From the IMG/VR virus record IMGVR_UViG_3300020172_002336, positions 1-62,525 of that record: a DNA stretch of 62,525 bases; one strand, written 5' to 3'. The translations under genes and the position numbers were made by a program. The notes beneath the pieces are model-generated. The model was not told where the DNA came from and made no database searches. It saw only the letters and a program-made list of their open reading frames with translations. Numbering within the stretch: the first letter of the stretch is position 1; the number at the start of each line of letters is the position of its first letter. Positions 38,647-48,231 of the stretch are shown here, piece by piece. Origin of the DNA: a virus. Taxonomy: Duplodnaviria > Caudoviricetes.

Positions 38647-39248
38647 CAGAACATCCACCACGGCCGCTGCTTAGGGGCCGAAATAACCGGGGTCGGTAGC
38701 TCAGCCACAGGCAAGAGGCTCGTCGGCGGCTCGACCATTGGCTCCGTGACGCTGATGCGTCGTTCCACGTTCCGCACGCTGGCGAGCATAGCGTTAAGAC
38801 TAACCGCGTAGTTGGGGTCGGTGGCATAACCAGCCGCCTGTAGTTCGCGGAAATAGTCTTCGTCCGACATCTTGTCGTTGGGGTCAAACACACGCTTGTA
38901 TCGGCTGTTCGTCGACAGGAACGTGAAATGGTCGGCGAAACTCTCGGCCATACTGTCGTAGTCACGGAACCAATCCTGAATGGTCACGTACCGGCCGTTC
39001 ACAAACTCGCGCGTGGTGACAAGCTGTCTCTTGCCGGTCCACGACGGCCCTACCTTGATGCCGAACACGTTGTTGCCGATCGCCGACTTTCCCCAGCCGG
39101 TCTCCAGCGCCGCCTGCGCCACGACGGCCTGCGGCGAGCAGCCAATCAGTTTGGCCGTAGCTTCGGCAGCATCGAGCGCCTTCGCAGTCCACAGCGCAAT
39201 GCGCTGCATGTTGGGGTCGGTGTAAGGCTGAGTAACAACGCGCGTCAT
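38643..39248 (-). CDS. Endolysin, GH73/FlgJ-type glucosaminidase-muramidase
   Basis: AQAALETGWG, NNVFGIK, TTRE, FRDYDS, GYATDPNYA. Confidence 0.92.
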   Translation of the reverse strand: MTRVVTQPYTDPNMQRIALWTAKALDAAEATAKLIGCSPQAVVAQAALETGWGKSAIGNNVFGIKVGPSWTGKRQLVTTREFVNGRYVTIQDWFRDYDSMAESFADHFTFLSTNSRYKRVFDPNDKMSDEDYFRELQAAGYATDPNYAVSLNAMLASVRNVERRISVTEPMVEPPTSLLPVAELPTPVISAPKQRPWWMFW

Positions 39249-39466
39249 AGGTGTTTCCCTACAAGTTTCTCGAAGAACCACGCCACAATCGCCAAAATAG
39301 ACACTAAGAAAGTGCCTTGTTTGAGTAGGAGCATCCACGCTCCTTTACCCATCTGGGCCGCGACTCGCAGTTCCTCTAGTTTGTGGTCAATAGAAGACAA
39401 TGATGCTTTCATGGACTCGAATTGCACCTCGATGGTGCGAAGTCGGTCTCGTTCTTCGGGGGTCAT
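39245..39466 (-). CDS. Small coiled-coil + TM protein (holin/antiholin-like)
   Basis: Coiled coil, MGKGAW, C-terminal TM; directly upstream of endolysin. Confidence 0.6.
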   Translation of the reverse strand: MTPEERDRLRTIEVQFESMKASLSSIDHKLEELRVAAQMGKGAWMLLLKQGTFLVSILAIVAWFFEKLVGKHL

Positions 39467-40272
39467 ACGCTCGCTCCCACCGCCGCCGCCCAAGCCTGCA
39501 CGGCGTTGTATTGAGCCGTCTCCTGCGCGTCAGTCAGCGGTGCCCCGATCGCCACGAAGCCAACCGTGGCGGCGCGAAAGGAGATTGGCGTGTTGTTGCT
39601 GTTGTAGCAACCGATCATAAGGGGCACTGCTGGTAGGGTAAGGTTGCCGAGCGTCAAGCCGGTAACATCGGTCAGGCGCACACCCCGGTCGTACGCAAGC
39701 ATAGTCGTGCCGCCAGCACGGCTGATCGCCTTCAACCCTCTTGAGTCAGCCGGACTTAGGGCGAACGTGGCAGAGGTAGTAATATTGTTCGCAATAGCAG
39801 TCATTGAACCGCCGCTTCGGGGAATGATGGCAATAGCCGGGCTCGTTGTTTGGCGGACGCCCGCCGTGTAAGCGTTAACGCTGAGGTCCACCCGCTCGTA
39901 AACGGCTAGGCGCTGGTTGTTACCTGTGTAGGCAACGGCGTGCGTGCTCGGGATGAAACCGGTGTTTATGTAGTTCGTGGCACCATCGAAAAGGTAGTCA
40001 CGGTCCACAGTAAATACCGGAGAGTTGACCGTCGTTGCCAGTCGACGTTGCTTCACGGATACCAAAGACTGAACCGAGTTCTCAGCCCACAAACCCCAAT
40101 AATCGTCGGTTAGCGCCCAATTACCCGCGGCTTTTTCGGCGCGGATAAAGGCGCTGATGGTTGAAACCCGCGCATTGGACACGGTGCCGCCATTCGCTAC
40201 GACGGCGGCAGCCCAAGCTCTCGCTTCGGCGGTTGTGCTGTTAAAGAGGATGTTGGCAACCGCCCTGAGCAT
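39463..40272 (-). CDS. Putative tail/virion lectin-like protein
   Basis: AVVANGGTVS, FDGATNYINTG, beta-rich. Confidence 0.6.
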   Translation of the reverse strand: MLRAVANILFNSTTAEARAWAAAVVANGGTVSNARVSTISAFIRAEKAAGNWALTDDYWGLWAENSVQSLVSVKQRRLATTVNSPVFTVDRDYLFDGATNYINTGFIPSTHAVAYTGNNQRLAVYERVDLSVNAYTAGVRQTTSPAIAIIPRSGGSMTAIANNITTSATFALSPADSRGLKAISRAGGTTMLAYDRGVRLTDVTGLTLGNLTLPAVPLMIGCYNSNNTPISFRAATVGFVAIGAPLTDAQETAQYNAVQAWAAAVGASV

Positions 40273-40835
40273 CAGACGCCAACACTTTTCAGCGTAATCT
40301 TGAACACGGTCGACGCGGCCGGTGTCCACGTGCCGAGCGTCACGAGATAACCGAAAAGCGCCCCGCCAGACGGCACGGTGATTTGGTTGTTGACCTGCAA
40401 AGTCTGAACGTAAAGCGTGGACCCTAGATCGACGGGCGTCCCGAGGTCGATGTAATCGAGGAACGATGCGCGGTCACCGGAAGGGAGATCCCACGCAGCG
40501 TTGTCGCCCAACGCAGACGGTGGTGTCACGTTGTATAGATACAACCTGAAACTCGTCATGCCCGAGACGACTGCCGCAATGTCGATCTCAAGCAGCGCCT
40601 TGGTGATGATGACTTCGCCGCCAGCCGCAGGGGCGATACCGGAAAAGGTCAACGCCGCGGTGCTGCCGGTTGCCGCACCAATTACGTCGTTGGCCGCGTA
40701 CAGGTTCGTGTCGTTGGTACGGGTCAGAGACACCGCCGACCGAAAACCAGTACCACCAACCGGCACTGGATTGGTCGCTGACGCTACTGAGTCCGCGTCA
40801 ACGCCGTTGTCGAACTTGATCCGGTCATTACCCAT
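40272..40835 (-). CDS. Putative virion structural protein
   Basis: TRTNDT..YAANDVIG; beta-rich; GGAGG SD. Confidence 0.65.
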   Translation of the reverse strand: MGNDRIKFDNGVDADSVASATNPVPVGGTGFRSAVSLTRTNDTNLYAANDVIGAATGSTAALTFSGIAPAAGGEVIITKALLEIDIAAVVSGMTSFRLYLYNVTPPSALGDNAAWDLPSGDRASFLDYIDLGTPVDLGSTLYVQTLQVNNQITVPSGGALFGYLVTLGTWTPAASTVFKITLKSVGV

Positions 40836-40871
40836 GGATATGCCCTCCCTTTGTTACCCGCCAAGGTAACT

Positions 40872-41396
40872 TTAGTAGAGCCCGCCCATAGGGCCAACGC
40901 CAGCGGTGAACGTAGACACCGGAGTGATCGCCGTCGCCGTGCCGTAAACTTCGCCGGTCTTCTTGAACTGTGCGAAGTTGCCGATCGGATGAGTGTTCAC
41001 GCGGGCAGTGGTGTTGTTGACCTGCAGGCCGACGAAATACTGACCCGGACGCAGGTTGATCGGCGCGCTGAACGGGATGCGCTGGAAAGCATCCGTGCCA
41101 GACATCGCGGTCGACGCCGAAGAAGCGATGACCGTGCCGGCGCTGTTGTAAAGGATCACCTTCAAGTTGCCCGAAGCGACCGAGCCGTTGAAGTTGGCGA
41201 AGCCAGTGGCGCGGCAGCCGACAGCTACCTCGATCTCGGCGATATACGTCTCAGTGATGACGGGGGTCGTGTCCGTTCCGTCCGTGGACGCCTTGACCGG
41301 TACGTTGCCGGTACAAACAGCGCGCGGGGCACCGTTGAAAAAGCTGCTGGGGCCGTCCGCGCGGCCGCTGATCGGACCGCCAATATCGTTCGCCAT
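40872..41396 (-). CDS. Putative virion structural protein
   Basis: Gly/Thr-rich beta-sandwich-like ORF, GGAG SD. Confidence 0.65.
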   Translation of the reverse strand: MANDIGGPISGRADGPSSFFNGAPRAVCTGNVPVKASTDGTDTTPVITETYIAEIEVAVGCRATGFANFNGSVASGNLKVILYNSAGTVIASSASTAMSGTDAFQRIPFSAPINLRPGQYFVGLQVNNTTARVNTHPIGNFAQFKKTGEVYGTATAITPVSTFTAGVGPMGGLY

Positions 41397-41476
41397 GGTT
41401 CTCTCCGTGGGTATCGGGTCAAGTTTAAGCCTGGACTACTTTATGCGCGTATCGGCAACGTGTCGAGCGTAATTTG

Positions 41477-41860
41477 TTAGTCGTAACTGTTGGCTAACCG
41501 AAACAGATCGTCGAGATCGTCCTCTGACCAGCCAGCGGCCTGCCCGACTAACGATACCAACGGGTCGTCTCTACGGAAAGCAGCGGCCCTTGCCCACAAT
41601 GTCTTTGCAAGCGGATCGTTTACAGCAGCTACTACATTATCAATCTGCGCGAGCATGTCTAACGTGTATAGGGCGCGCATCAATGCACCAGCCCCCACTT
41701 CCGTAGGAACGTCAGTTCGAGCGAGTTCCTTCTCAAAATCCTCTTTTGACGGTGGCACAAAACCCTGCGGCCAAATTATGCCTTCGAATGTGTTGTTGTT
41801 ATTAGTGGCTGGTAGCGCGCCAGTAAATTTCAGGAGCGCCTTGGTGAAATTCAGCGACAT
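41477..41860 (-). CDS. Tail fibre assembly-like protein
   Basis: W..A..FRRDDPLV...G....DLDDLFRLA; follows fibre gene. Confidence 0.6.
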   Translation of the reverse strand: MSLNFTKALLKFTGALPATNNNNTFEGIIWPQGFVPPSKEDFEKELARTDVPTEVGAGALMRALYTLDMLAQIDNVVAAVNDPLAKTLWARAAAFRRDDPLVSLVGQAAGWSEDDLDDLFRLANSYD

Positions 41861-41869
41861 CTTCGGCTC

Positions 41870-43414
41870 CTAGTAATACCACGTATAAGTCATACCGCAG
41901 GCGCTCTGTGTGCCGCCACCATAGATAGCGTTAGATCCCGTGTTGTAATTACAGTATTCAAGCGCCGCCATGTAGCCAAGACCGAACGGCAACGCCGATG
42001 CACCGCCGACAGATACCGCAAATCCAGAGCCTGAGTCCGTCGACCCGATAGTATTAAAACCAGTGTGGGTGGCGGTGTTGTTATAGCCCATGCCGATGAT
42101 GATTTGCCCAGAGCCAGTAGAGTTATAATAGTTATGTGCCGTGTTCGCCACCAAGGCATCACGCATACCTCCAGAGACAACGGTCACACGTTCGTTTGCT
42201 GCGCCGTTAACTGGACGCCACGCACTCGCGTTGTATGCCCATGAAGCCGCTGGGTCAGCGACGCTGCTACTTATCGCGACGCGATTGAATGCGTTCCAGA
42301 TACCGATGAAAGCAGCTGAACCTGATCCGCCATACCCTCCGATTTTAAAGTCGATCTGCGACGACGCGTTGAAGTACACCGACCCAACGTACGTGCCCTT
42401 AGTCGCAGCGGGGCCGTTCGTGATGTCGTACTTGTTGACATAAACGCCATTCAGAAGTTGTAGCTCAGTCGTCGCCGCACCCGTCCCGCGGACGCTGGTG
42501 TAGTTGAAGGCCGTGTGAACGCCAGATTGCGACCCGGACGTCGTGATATACGTGCCAGCAATCTGATCGGCCAGCGTCGTGCTCAATTTGTAGCTGTTGG
42601 CGTCAACTTTAGTCACGAAGTAGTCGATATTGGCCGAGAGACCAGTCGGCAGTGCGCCAGTGGTCGTAAAACGTACCGTCGCGCCGTCCCAGAGGCCGTG
42701 GCCAGTATGCGTGACCACGCCCGGCGTAGCGATGGTCACCGTAATGGTCGAACTCGCAGTCCATTTAGGGCCGCGAGTGAGCGTGTTCACGCCAGCGTTA
42801 TTCCACACGAAAAGGTCTTGGATCTGGTACGGCCCAGCTACGGCTGCGCCAGCGTTGCCCACCGCACTGGCCGTCGTGTCGTTGCTCAACTCGGAGAACG
42901 TAATCGCGCTCCAAGTCGTGCCGTCGTACGACGGGTATTGTGCGTACCCGACGCCAGCGGGCGTGTAATAGACGGTTGTCTTGCCCGTCTGATCCGTCGT
43001 CGACACAGGGACGCCAGTCTCCAGCGTAAGTCGGCCTGTCGGAGCGAACGCAGTCATGTACGCGGCGGCGTTCGTGAGCGGGCTGAGCCACCCCGTGCCG
43101 CTGTAGAACTCAAAAACGCTAGTCGTGGTGTTCCACCGCATCATGCCAGCAGTTGGTGCCGCGGGCCGTTCGACGGTCGACCCGGATGCACCAGTGATCG
43201 CCCCCGTCGTGAGTGGGAAGGTCACGTCCCAAGTAGCCGAAAACGCCATCGGCAGTTCCTGCACCGCGCCAGCGCCCGACGTGTCACGGCCCATGATCTT
43301 GCCAGCGGCCATCGTGATCGTGTGGCCGTCGTTCCAATCTGACGGCTGCACCACGGTGCTATCGGTGCCGTCCGCCTTAGGACTTACAAACGGATGGGTG
43401 ACTACGATAGCCAT
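41870..43414 (-). CDS. Tail fibre protein
   Basis: VQPSDWN..H anchor, RP..PTAGMMRWNTT...FEFY.G..W, GRLTL.TG.PV, HGL..G..V.FTTTGALPTGL repeat. Confidence 0.8.
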   Translation of the reverse strand: MAIVVTHPFVSPKADGTDSTVVQPSDWNDGHTITMAAGKIMGRDTSGAGAVQELPMAFSATWDVTFPLTTGAITGASGSTVERPAAPTAGMMRWNTTTSVFEFYSGTGWLSPLTNAAAYMTAFAPTGRLTLETGVPVSTTDQTGKTTVYYTPAGVGYAQYPSYDGTTWSAITFSELSNDTTASAVGNAGAAVAGPYQIQDLFVWNNAGVNTLTRGPKWTASSTITVTIATPGVVTHTGHGLWDGATVRFTTTGALPTGLSANIDYFVTKVDANSYKLSTTLADQIAGTYITTSGSQSGVHTAFNYTSVRGTGAATTELQLLNGVYVNKYDITNGPAATKGTYVGSVYFNASSQIDFKIGGYGGSGSAAFIGIWNAFNRVAISSSVADPAASWAYNASAWRPVNGAANERVTVVSGGMRDALVANTAHNYYNSTGSGQIIIGMGYNNTATHTGFNTIGSTDSGSGFAVSVGGASALPFGLGYMAALEYCNYNTGSNAIYGGGTQSACGMTYTWYY

Positions 43415-44031
43415 TATGCGCCCCTCTGCGAACCGACGGCGTAACTTGGGAACGTCCAGTTAGTCTGGCCGTACACGTTCGCCTTGATGGCTTCAACGCG
43501 CGCCTTGGATTTACCAGACCTGAACACCCGCATGTAGAAGTCAGCTTTTCTATTGTCGGTGTATGGTTTGCCGCCGTGAGCGAACATCTTTCCGAGCGTT
43601 CCTGCAAGCAAGATGTCGCCGTACTTGAGCATTACCCACGAAGGTAATACCGGGTATCCATCGCTGTCGACTGGATCCTTCACAGTCTTCGAAACCAGCG
43701 CCACCCAAGTCGCCGCTGTCGAAGGCGTGACCCCCAAGACGAGGTACCCGGGGATGTTCATAGAGCAGGGCGCGACCGGCTTCTTGTCGATGTCGGTGCT
43801 CTCGAACAACGTAAGCAGACGGATGATAGTTCCGTCAGCCAAAGGTGTGAGTGTGTAAGAACGATCGTTGGCCACGACCGGCACGGTGATTTCTTCGGTC
43901 CACACATTCGTGGCGTCGAAAAACTCGCGCGCAGCGGCGAACAACTCGGCTTGGATCGCACTGGTGATCGAGCCCGGAAGGTTAACGCGGGCGTCAGCTA
44001 CAAGCCGAAGGATCTCGCTGCTGGCGGTCAT
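43414..44031 (-). CDS. Head-tail adaptor / tail tubular protein
   Basis: AAREFF..T.VW, I.AG.L....KPYTD; position. Confidence 0.7.
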   Translation of the reverse strand: MTASSEILRLVADARVNLPGSITSAIQAELFAAAREFFDATNVWTEEITVPVVANDRSYTLTPLADGTIIRLLTLFESTDIDKKPVAPCSMNIPGYLVLGVTPSTAATWVALVSKTVKDPVDSDGYPVLPSWVMLKYGDILLAGTLGKMFAHGGKPYTDNRKADFYMRVFRSGKSKARVEAIKANVYGQTNWTFPSYAVGSQRGA

Positions 44032-44420
44032 TAAGCACTCCCAACGGGTCCGGTCAGCTTCTTCGTGAAGGTGTTCAGCAGAGCGGCGGCGCGAGCGTCT
44101 TGATTGCCCTCGTCGTCTTCAAGCTCGCAGAGTCCAGCCACGTAAAAAACCAACGCCGGACGGTACTGTAGCTCGAAACTGATCGCCGTGCCACTGTCTG
44201 ACGTCGTGTACTGCGGAATGGTGTCAGGAGTAGCGCGCCACAAGTCCGGCCGAATGAACCGGCTCTCCAGCAGCCCCATATTCAGGTGTTGGTAAACGAC
44301 CGCGTCGGGCCACCGAACGCCACCCGTATCCTGCAGGAGGGCACGGACCGCGGTGACGATGTCACCGACAGTCGTGTATCCAGCAACAGTGGATACAGTG
44401 AAGAAATACGGGACTGGCAC
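44031..44420 (-). CDS. Adaptor-like virion protein
   Basis: VRALLQD...RW......LN.G......RPDL. Confidence 0.65.
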   Translation of the reverse strand: MPVPYFFTVSTVAGYTTVGDIVTAVRALLQDTGGVRWPDAVVYQHLNMGLLESRFIRPDLWRATPDTIPQYTTSDSGTAISFELQYRPALVFYVAGLCELEDDEGNQDARAAALLNTFTKKLTGPVGSA

Positions 44421-44440
44421 GGTTACCTCCGGGGGTAAGC

Positions 44441-44548
44441 TTACTTCTTCGGCTCTTCGCGCTTACTCATCATCTCACGCATGGCGTCGACCTGCTTCCG
44501 CAGGCTGGCGATCTCGTGCATCTTTTTAGTGAGTTCAGTCTCGTTCAC
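44441..44548 (-). CDS. 35-aa peptide, truncated paralogue of 44947-45162
   Basis: AAGGAG SD, GTG; MNETELTKKMHEIASLRKQVDAMREMMSKREEPKK. Confidence 0.5.
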   Translation of the reverse strand: MNETELTKKMHEIASLRKQVDAMREMMSKREEPKK

Positions 44549-44559
44549 GGCGCGGCTCC

Positions 44560-44790
44560 TTACGGCTTGGCGGGCGGCGGTGTCTTGGCCTTCGCCAACT
44601 CAGCGCGGGCTTCCTGTAGCTGCTTGCCCAGCTTCTGGACCTCAGCGGCCAGCTTGATCACCTGACCGCTGCGCTCGTTCAGAAGCTGCATCGCAACGTC
44701 CAGTTCTTCGTTGTGTGTCTGCTGTTGGGCCTGCGCGAAGGCGGGGGCCGACAGGAGCAGGGCGGCAACGATGGCGGCGATCTTCCTCAC
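44560..44790 (-). CDS. Small signal-peptide coiled-coil protein
   Basis: MRKIAAIVAALLLSAPAFA|Q. Confidence 0.7.
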   Translation of the reverse strand: MRKIAAIVAALLLSAPAFAQAQQQTHNEELDVAMQLLNERSGQVIKLAAEVQKLGKQLQEARAELAKAKTPPPAKP

Positions 44791-44906
44791 TACTTCATCC
44801 TTTTCTTGAGTTGCTCGATTTCGGCCTTGAGGTTGTCGTTGGCCGTCTTCAGTTCGCGAATGGCACCAGCAAAATACGGTGCCAGTTCTTGGTACTTGAC
44901 GGCGCG
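44790..44906 (-). pseudogene. Start-less relic of a tail-fibre C-terminal chaperone coiled coil
   Basis: RAVKYQELAPYFAGAIRELKTANDNLKAEIEQLKKRMK-stop with no start codon; stop overlaps the next GTG. Confidence 0.55.
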
Positions 44907-44946
44907 TCTCCTTACGGCTTGGCGGTCAGACCATCGGGGCGCTGGC

Positions 44947-45162
44947 TCACTTCTTCGGCTCCTCTCGCTTCGGCAACTTCTCGCGCATCGTCTCCAGTTG
45001 CCCGCGCAGCAGGGCGATCTCGTCGAGCATGTCGGAGACCTTGGCCTCGGCTACCGCCAGTTGGCTGACGAGGTACTGCTTGCCAGTTGGGAGTTGTTCA
45101 GCGGGCTGTTGAGCAAACGCGAGGCTCGACAGGAAGATCAGAATCGCGGCAAGTTTCAGCAT
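44947..45162 (-). CDS. Small signal-peptide coiled-coil protein
   Basis: MLKLAAILIFLSSLAFA|Q; ends KREEPKK. Confidence 0.7.
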   Translation of the reverse strand: MLKLAAILIFLSSLAFAQQPAEQLPTGKQYLVSQLAVAEAKVSDMLDEIALLRGQLETMREKLPKREEPKK

Positions 45163-47729
45163 GTTGTGATGATCCCTTTTGTTACGACGGCGGTGGCAGG
45201 ATTGAAGGTGCCGACCGTGCAGTTGACGCCCGGCGTACCGTTCGCCTGATAGGCGGTTGTGGCATTGATCGTGGCTCCGGTGATGGTACCGCTCGCCAGC
45301 ACCGATGCCAGCGATATGCCGCCCGCAATCGAGCCGATTGCGCCTGTTCCGAACCCCATGATCCCTGCGGATATTCTGGAGATTGCTGTATCGGCAGAAG
45401 CCAAGGAGGAGCCTGAAGAAAATCCGATGAGGCCATCCGACCGCCCTCGGATGGCACCGCTGAATTCCCAGCGAGGCACGGTAAGGGTCGCAAGACTGAT
45501 GATGGCGGCTGATCGCCTATAAAAGCCGGTGGTAGGCTCGGACGTGAACACCAGAGATGGCAGCGCCGACGTGCCGTCCGCGACTCCAAGGACACCTGTA
45601 AACGTCCCCGAAGTGGCCGTAATGGTACTCGGTGTCGTAGCGCCAATAGCTCCCGGTGACGCAAAGGTCGCTCCACTCAGGCTGCTGGCGTTGAGGTTGG
45701 CAACATTAGTTGTCGAGGCAACGACGAAAGGCGCTGTACCAGTGGCTAAAGTCGAAGTTATCTGTCCCGTAACGCTGGCCCCCGAACTCATAGAGACGAT
45801 GCCGCTGCCCGCCGGGGTGAGCGTAATGTTGCCCGACGCCAGCACCGCATTGATCGACGCGGTACCGGGCGTCGTTGACCAGCCCATACCATTCCCAGCC
45901 TGCGTGGAAATCAACAGCCCGTCGTCAAATTTCGAGAACGGGCTAGTGATGATGCCATGCGCCCACTGCCCGGAAATCTGCGTGTGGGCGTAGGGAACAT
46001 CGGTTGCGAAGAACAACGCCTGATCCGATCCACCACCAGATACTGTCGCCGCCGCCACACCGGCCCCGGTGATGTTAAAGGTGGTCGATGTCAGGCCGGA
46101 AATCGTGTACGAGCCAGCGCCGAACGTCACACCGCTGATGGTGTAGGACATCGGAAGGTAGATACTGTCGCCATTCGACCTGAAAGAAAGTCCAGCGACG
46201 CTGCCAGCCCCTGCCGTGACGGTGATGGTCGAAGTACCAATCGTCGTTCTGAACGGATTGGAACCTAGATAAGTATACGAGCCATAGTCGTCATGCCCCA
46301 CGCCGCCGTGGCTCGCCACAGTATCCTGCGGGCCGCCAACGAGGGAATTGGGCGATATGGCGAAGCAATGGTAGAAGCGCGTAGGAACCTGATGCCCGTT
46401 GCACGAGTATCCGAAATCGACGTGCGTTGGCGTGCCGCCGCCAGATGCACCAAGCAGGCTGTTGAACGCAACGATCTGATCAGCTTCCGTCAAGTTGGGA
46501 GTCGTGAAGCGCGTGGCGTAATAGCCCTTGTTCGCACCACGATTAACAACGTCCAACTCGCGGCCCGTCACCGCCCAATAGTTGAGCAGCGACGTGTCGG
46601 GCGGGGATACGCTGACGCTCCATTCGTTTTGATAGATCGGCCCCGCGCCGGGCATCGGAATGTAATTTCGAGGATTGGCATACTGAATGTTGCCTCTGTT
46701 CAGGTAGAAGCCGTCTGCTCCGCTCGTCCAGTTGATGGTAGCGCGGTTGTGGTACACTGCGAAGTCGGGTTCCACCGTCACGGCCGCACCACCGCCCGTG
46801 GCTGTGGAGGAAGCAGCACCGCTCGCCGTCACGGTGAAGGTGTTGTCATCTACGATGGACTGCACCTTGTACCACCCCGACAGCGTGATGCCGCCGACCG
46901 CCGTTGCGCCACCGATGTTTACATAGGTTGGATATGTGGTGACGTTGATCGAATTGTTAGCAGCCCCACAACATGTCGCCCACGTCACGGTGACCGTGGC
47001 GCTACCGTTCTGCGTCGAGATCGGATTGATCAGGAGCGTGCTTGTCGGCTGATTGCTGTTCGCAGGGCGGCGCTCATCGCCAATGATACCGCCCGGTATC
47101 GTGCCCCGGATGGCGCTAGAGTACATCGCGGGTATGGATGAAATATACAGACTGCCGTTGTTATACGGCCCGCTGCCACGCTCGCCGCGAAGAAGTGTGC
47201 CTTTGGAGGCCCCGGCGTCGGTGAAGCCAAAAATGAGGAAAGGCGAGCCCGTGTTGTTCCCCGTTTCGGCCGTGCTGAAGGCGCTCACAGTCCAGCGGCT
47301 GACACCGGCAGTATTAAACCCCAGCGTCCGGTTCGTTCCGGCAGCGCCGCTGATAAAGGCTTGAGTTGTGATAGTCAGATTGGAAGGCAGCGTCGTGGAG
47401 AACGCGGGCGTTCCCGTGGCGCCGCCGATCATCACACTGCTGACGGGGGATGTTTTCCCGACGGCAAGCGGCGTTGCCGCTCGCGTGTAGCAGACAGTCG
47501 TGCCAGCCGTCGGCTGCACTTGAAAGACATCGTCGGCTGCCGAGCAGGCTCCGCTCGACAGGTTAAAGATGCCGGGGTTCGCGTCGAGAACCTGCACGAC
47601 GCCAGGGCGCGCGATCGTCATCGCCTTGAGCGCCGCAATGGTCGATACTGTGAATAAGTCCTGTTTGGTCTGGGCGAGAGCCGGGGAGGCAATGACCAGC
47701 GAGAGGAGCGTAAGAAGCAGCTTTTTCAT
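45156..47729 (-). CDS. Tail fibre/adhesin-like protein (857 aa) with N-terminal signal peptide
   Basis: MKKLLLTLLSLVIASPALA|Q (ATGA overlap); Gly/Thr/Ser-rich; TGTAPFVVASTT.VANLNA and DGT...PS..F..EPTTG.YR fibre motifs. Confidence 0.72.
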   Translation of the reverse strand: MKKLLLTLLSLVIASPALAQTKQDLFTVSTIAALKAMTIARPGVVQVLDANPGIFNLSSGACSAADDVFQVQPTAGTTVCYTRAATPLAVGKTSPVSSVMIGGATGTPAFSTTLPSNLTITTQAFISGAAGTNRTLGFNTAGVSRWTVSAFSTAETGNNTGSPFLIFGFTDAGASKGTLLRGERGSGPYNNGSLYISSIPAMYSSAIRGTIPGGIIGDERRPANSNQPTSTLLINPISTQNGSATVTVTWATCCGAANNSINVTTYPTYVNIGGATAVGGITLSGWYKVQSIVDDNTFTVTASGAASSTATGGGAAVTVEPDFAVYHNRATINWTSGADGFYLNRGNIQYANPRNYIPMPGAGPIYQNEWSVSVSPPDTSLLNYWAVTGRELDVVNRGANKGYYATRFTTPNLTEADQIVAFNSLLGASGGGTPTHVDFGYSCNGHQVPTRFYHCFAISPNSLVGGPQDTVASHGGVGHDDYGSYTYLGSNPFRTTIGTSTITVTAGAGSVAGLSFRSNGDSIYLPMSYTISGVTFGAGSYTISGLTSTTFNITGAGVAAATVSGGGSDQALFFATDVPYAHTQISGQWAHGIITSPFSKFDDGLLISTQAGNGMGWSTTPGTASINAVLASGNITLTPAGSGIVSMSSGASVTGQITSTLATGTAPFVVASTTNVANLNASSLSGATFASPGAIGATTPSTITATSGTFTGVLGVADGTSALPSLVFTSEPTTGFYRRSAAIISLATLTVPRWEFSGAIRGRSDGLIGFSSGSSLASADTAISRISAGIMGFGTGAIGSIAGGISLASVLASGTITGATINATTAYQANGTPGVNCTVGTFNPATAVVTKGIITTC

Positions 47730-48136
47730 GCGACTGACCATGTTCCTGATACTGTTTGAACAACCCAGACGGTGGACGATCGGCATTTAAAGTAGACGTA
47801 TGAGCCGACCGAACTAGAAGTTAGCGAGCCACCCGAGGACGACGGCACCGTACCCATATACACGAACGACCCGCCGGGGGCTTGTATAATGAGATTATAG
47901 GCAGCCATGACGGCGAAGCCAAATACTAAACCGACCGCCGGGGTTGGCAGAGTGAATGTGACAGTTCCGGCAGCGCCGATATTGTCAAACTCTGTGAACG
48001 TGTCGGCGGCGAGAACACTGTAGTTGGCCGTCTTGGACGCGTACACAGCGAGGGCCGACGGCGTTAGTGCCGCAAAATTAGCGTTCAAGGCGTCAACGAA
48101 CGCCTGAGAAGCTCCTGTTACCGGGAAGTCCGTCAT
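47726..48136 (-). CDS. Virion protein (fibre/decoration-like)
   Basis: KTANY.V...D, TFTLP..A.G..F; AGGAG SD. Confidence 0.65.
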   Translation of the reverse strand: MTDFPVTGASQAFVDALNANFAALTPSALAVYASKTANYSVLAADTFTEFDNIGAAGTVTFTLPTPAVGLVFGFAVMAAYNLIIQAPGGSFVYMGTVPSSSGGSLTSSSVGSYVYFKCRSSTVWVVQTVSGTWSVA

Positions 48137-48159
48137 GTGTAGCTCCTGTCATCAGGTGG

Positions 48160-48201
48160 AAAAAAGACGGGGGAGGTTACCCTTTCAGGTAACACCCCCC
48201 C
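48160..48201 (-). terminator. Rho-independent terminator after major capsid gene
   Basis: Minus strand CGGGGGGTGTTACCT-GAAA-GGGTAACCTCCCCCG followed by TCTTTTTT. Confidence 0.85.
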
Positions 48202-48231
48202 GCTCCAGCCCCCCGGCAAGGGAGTTGTGGT

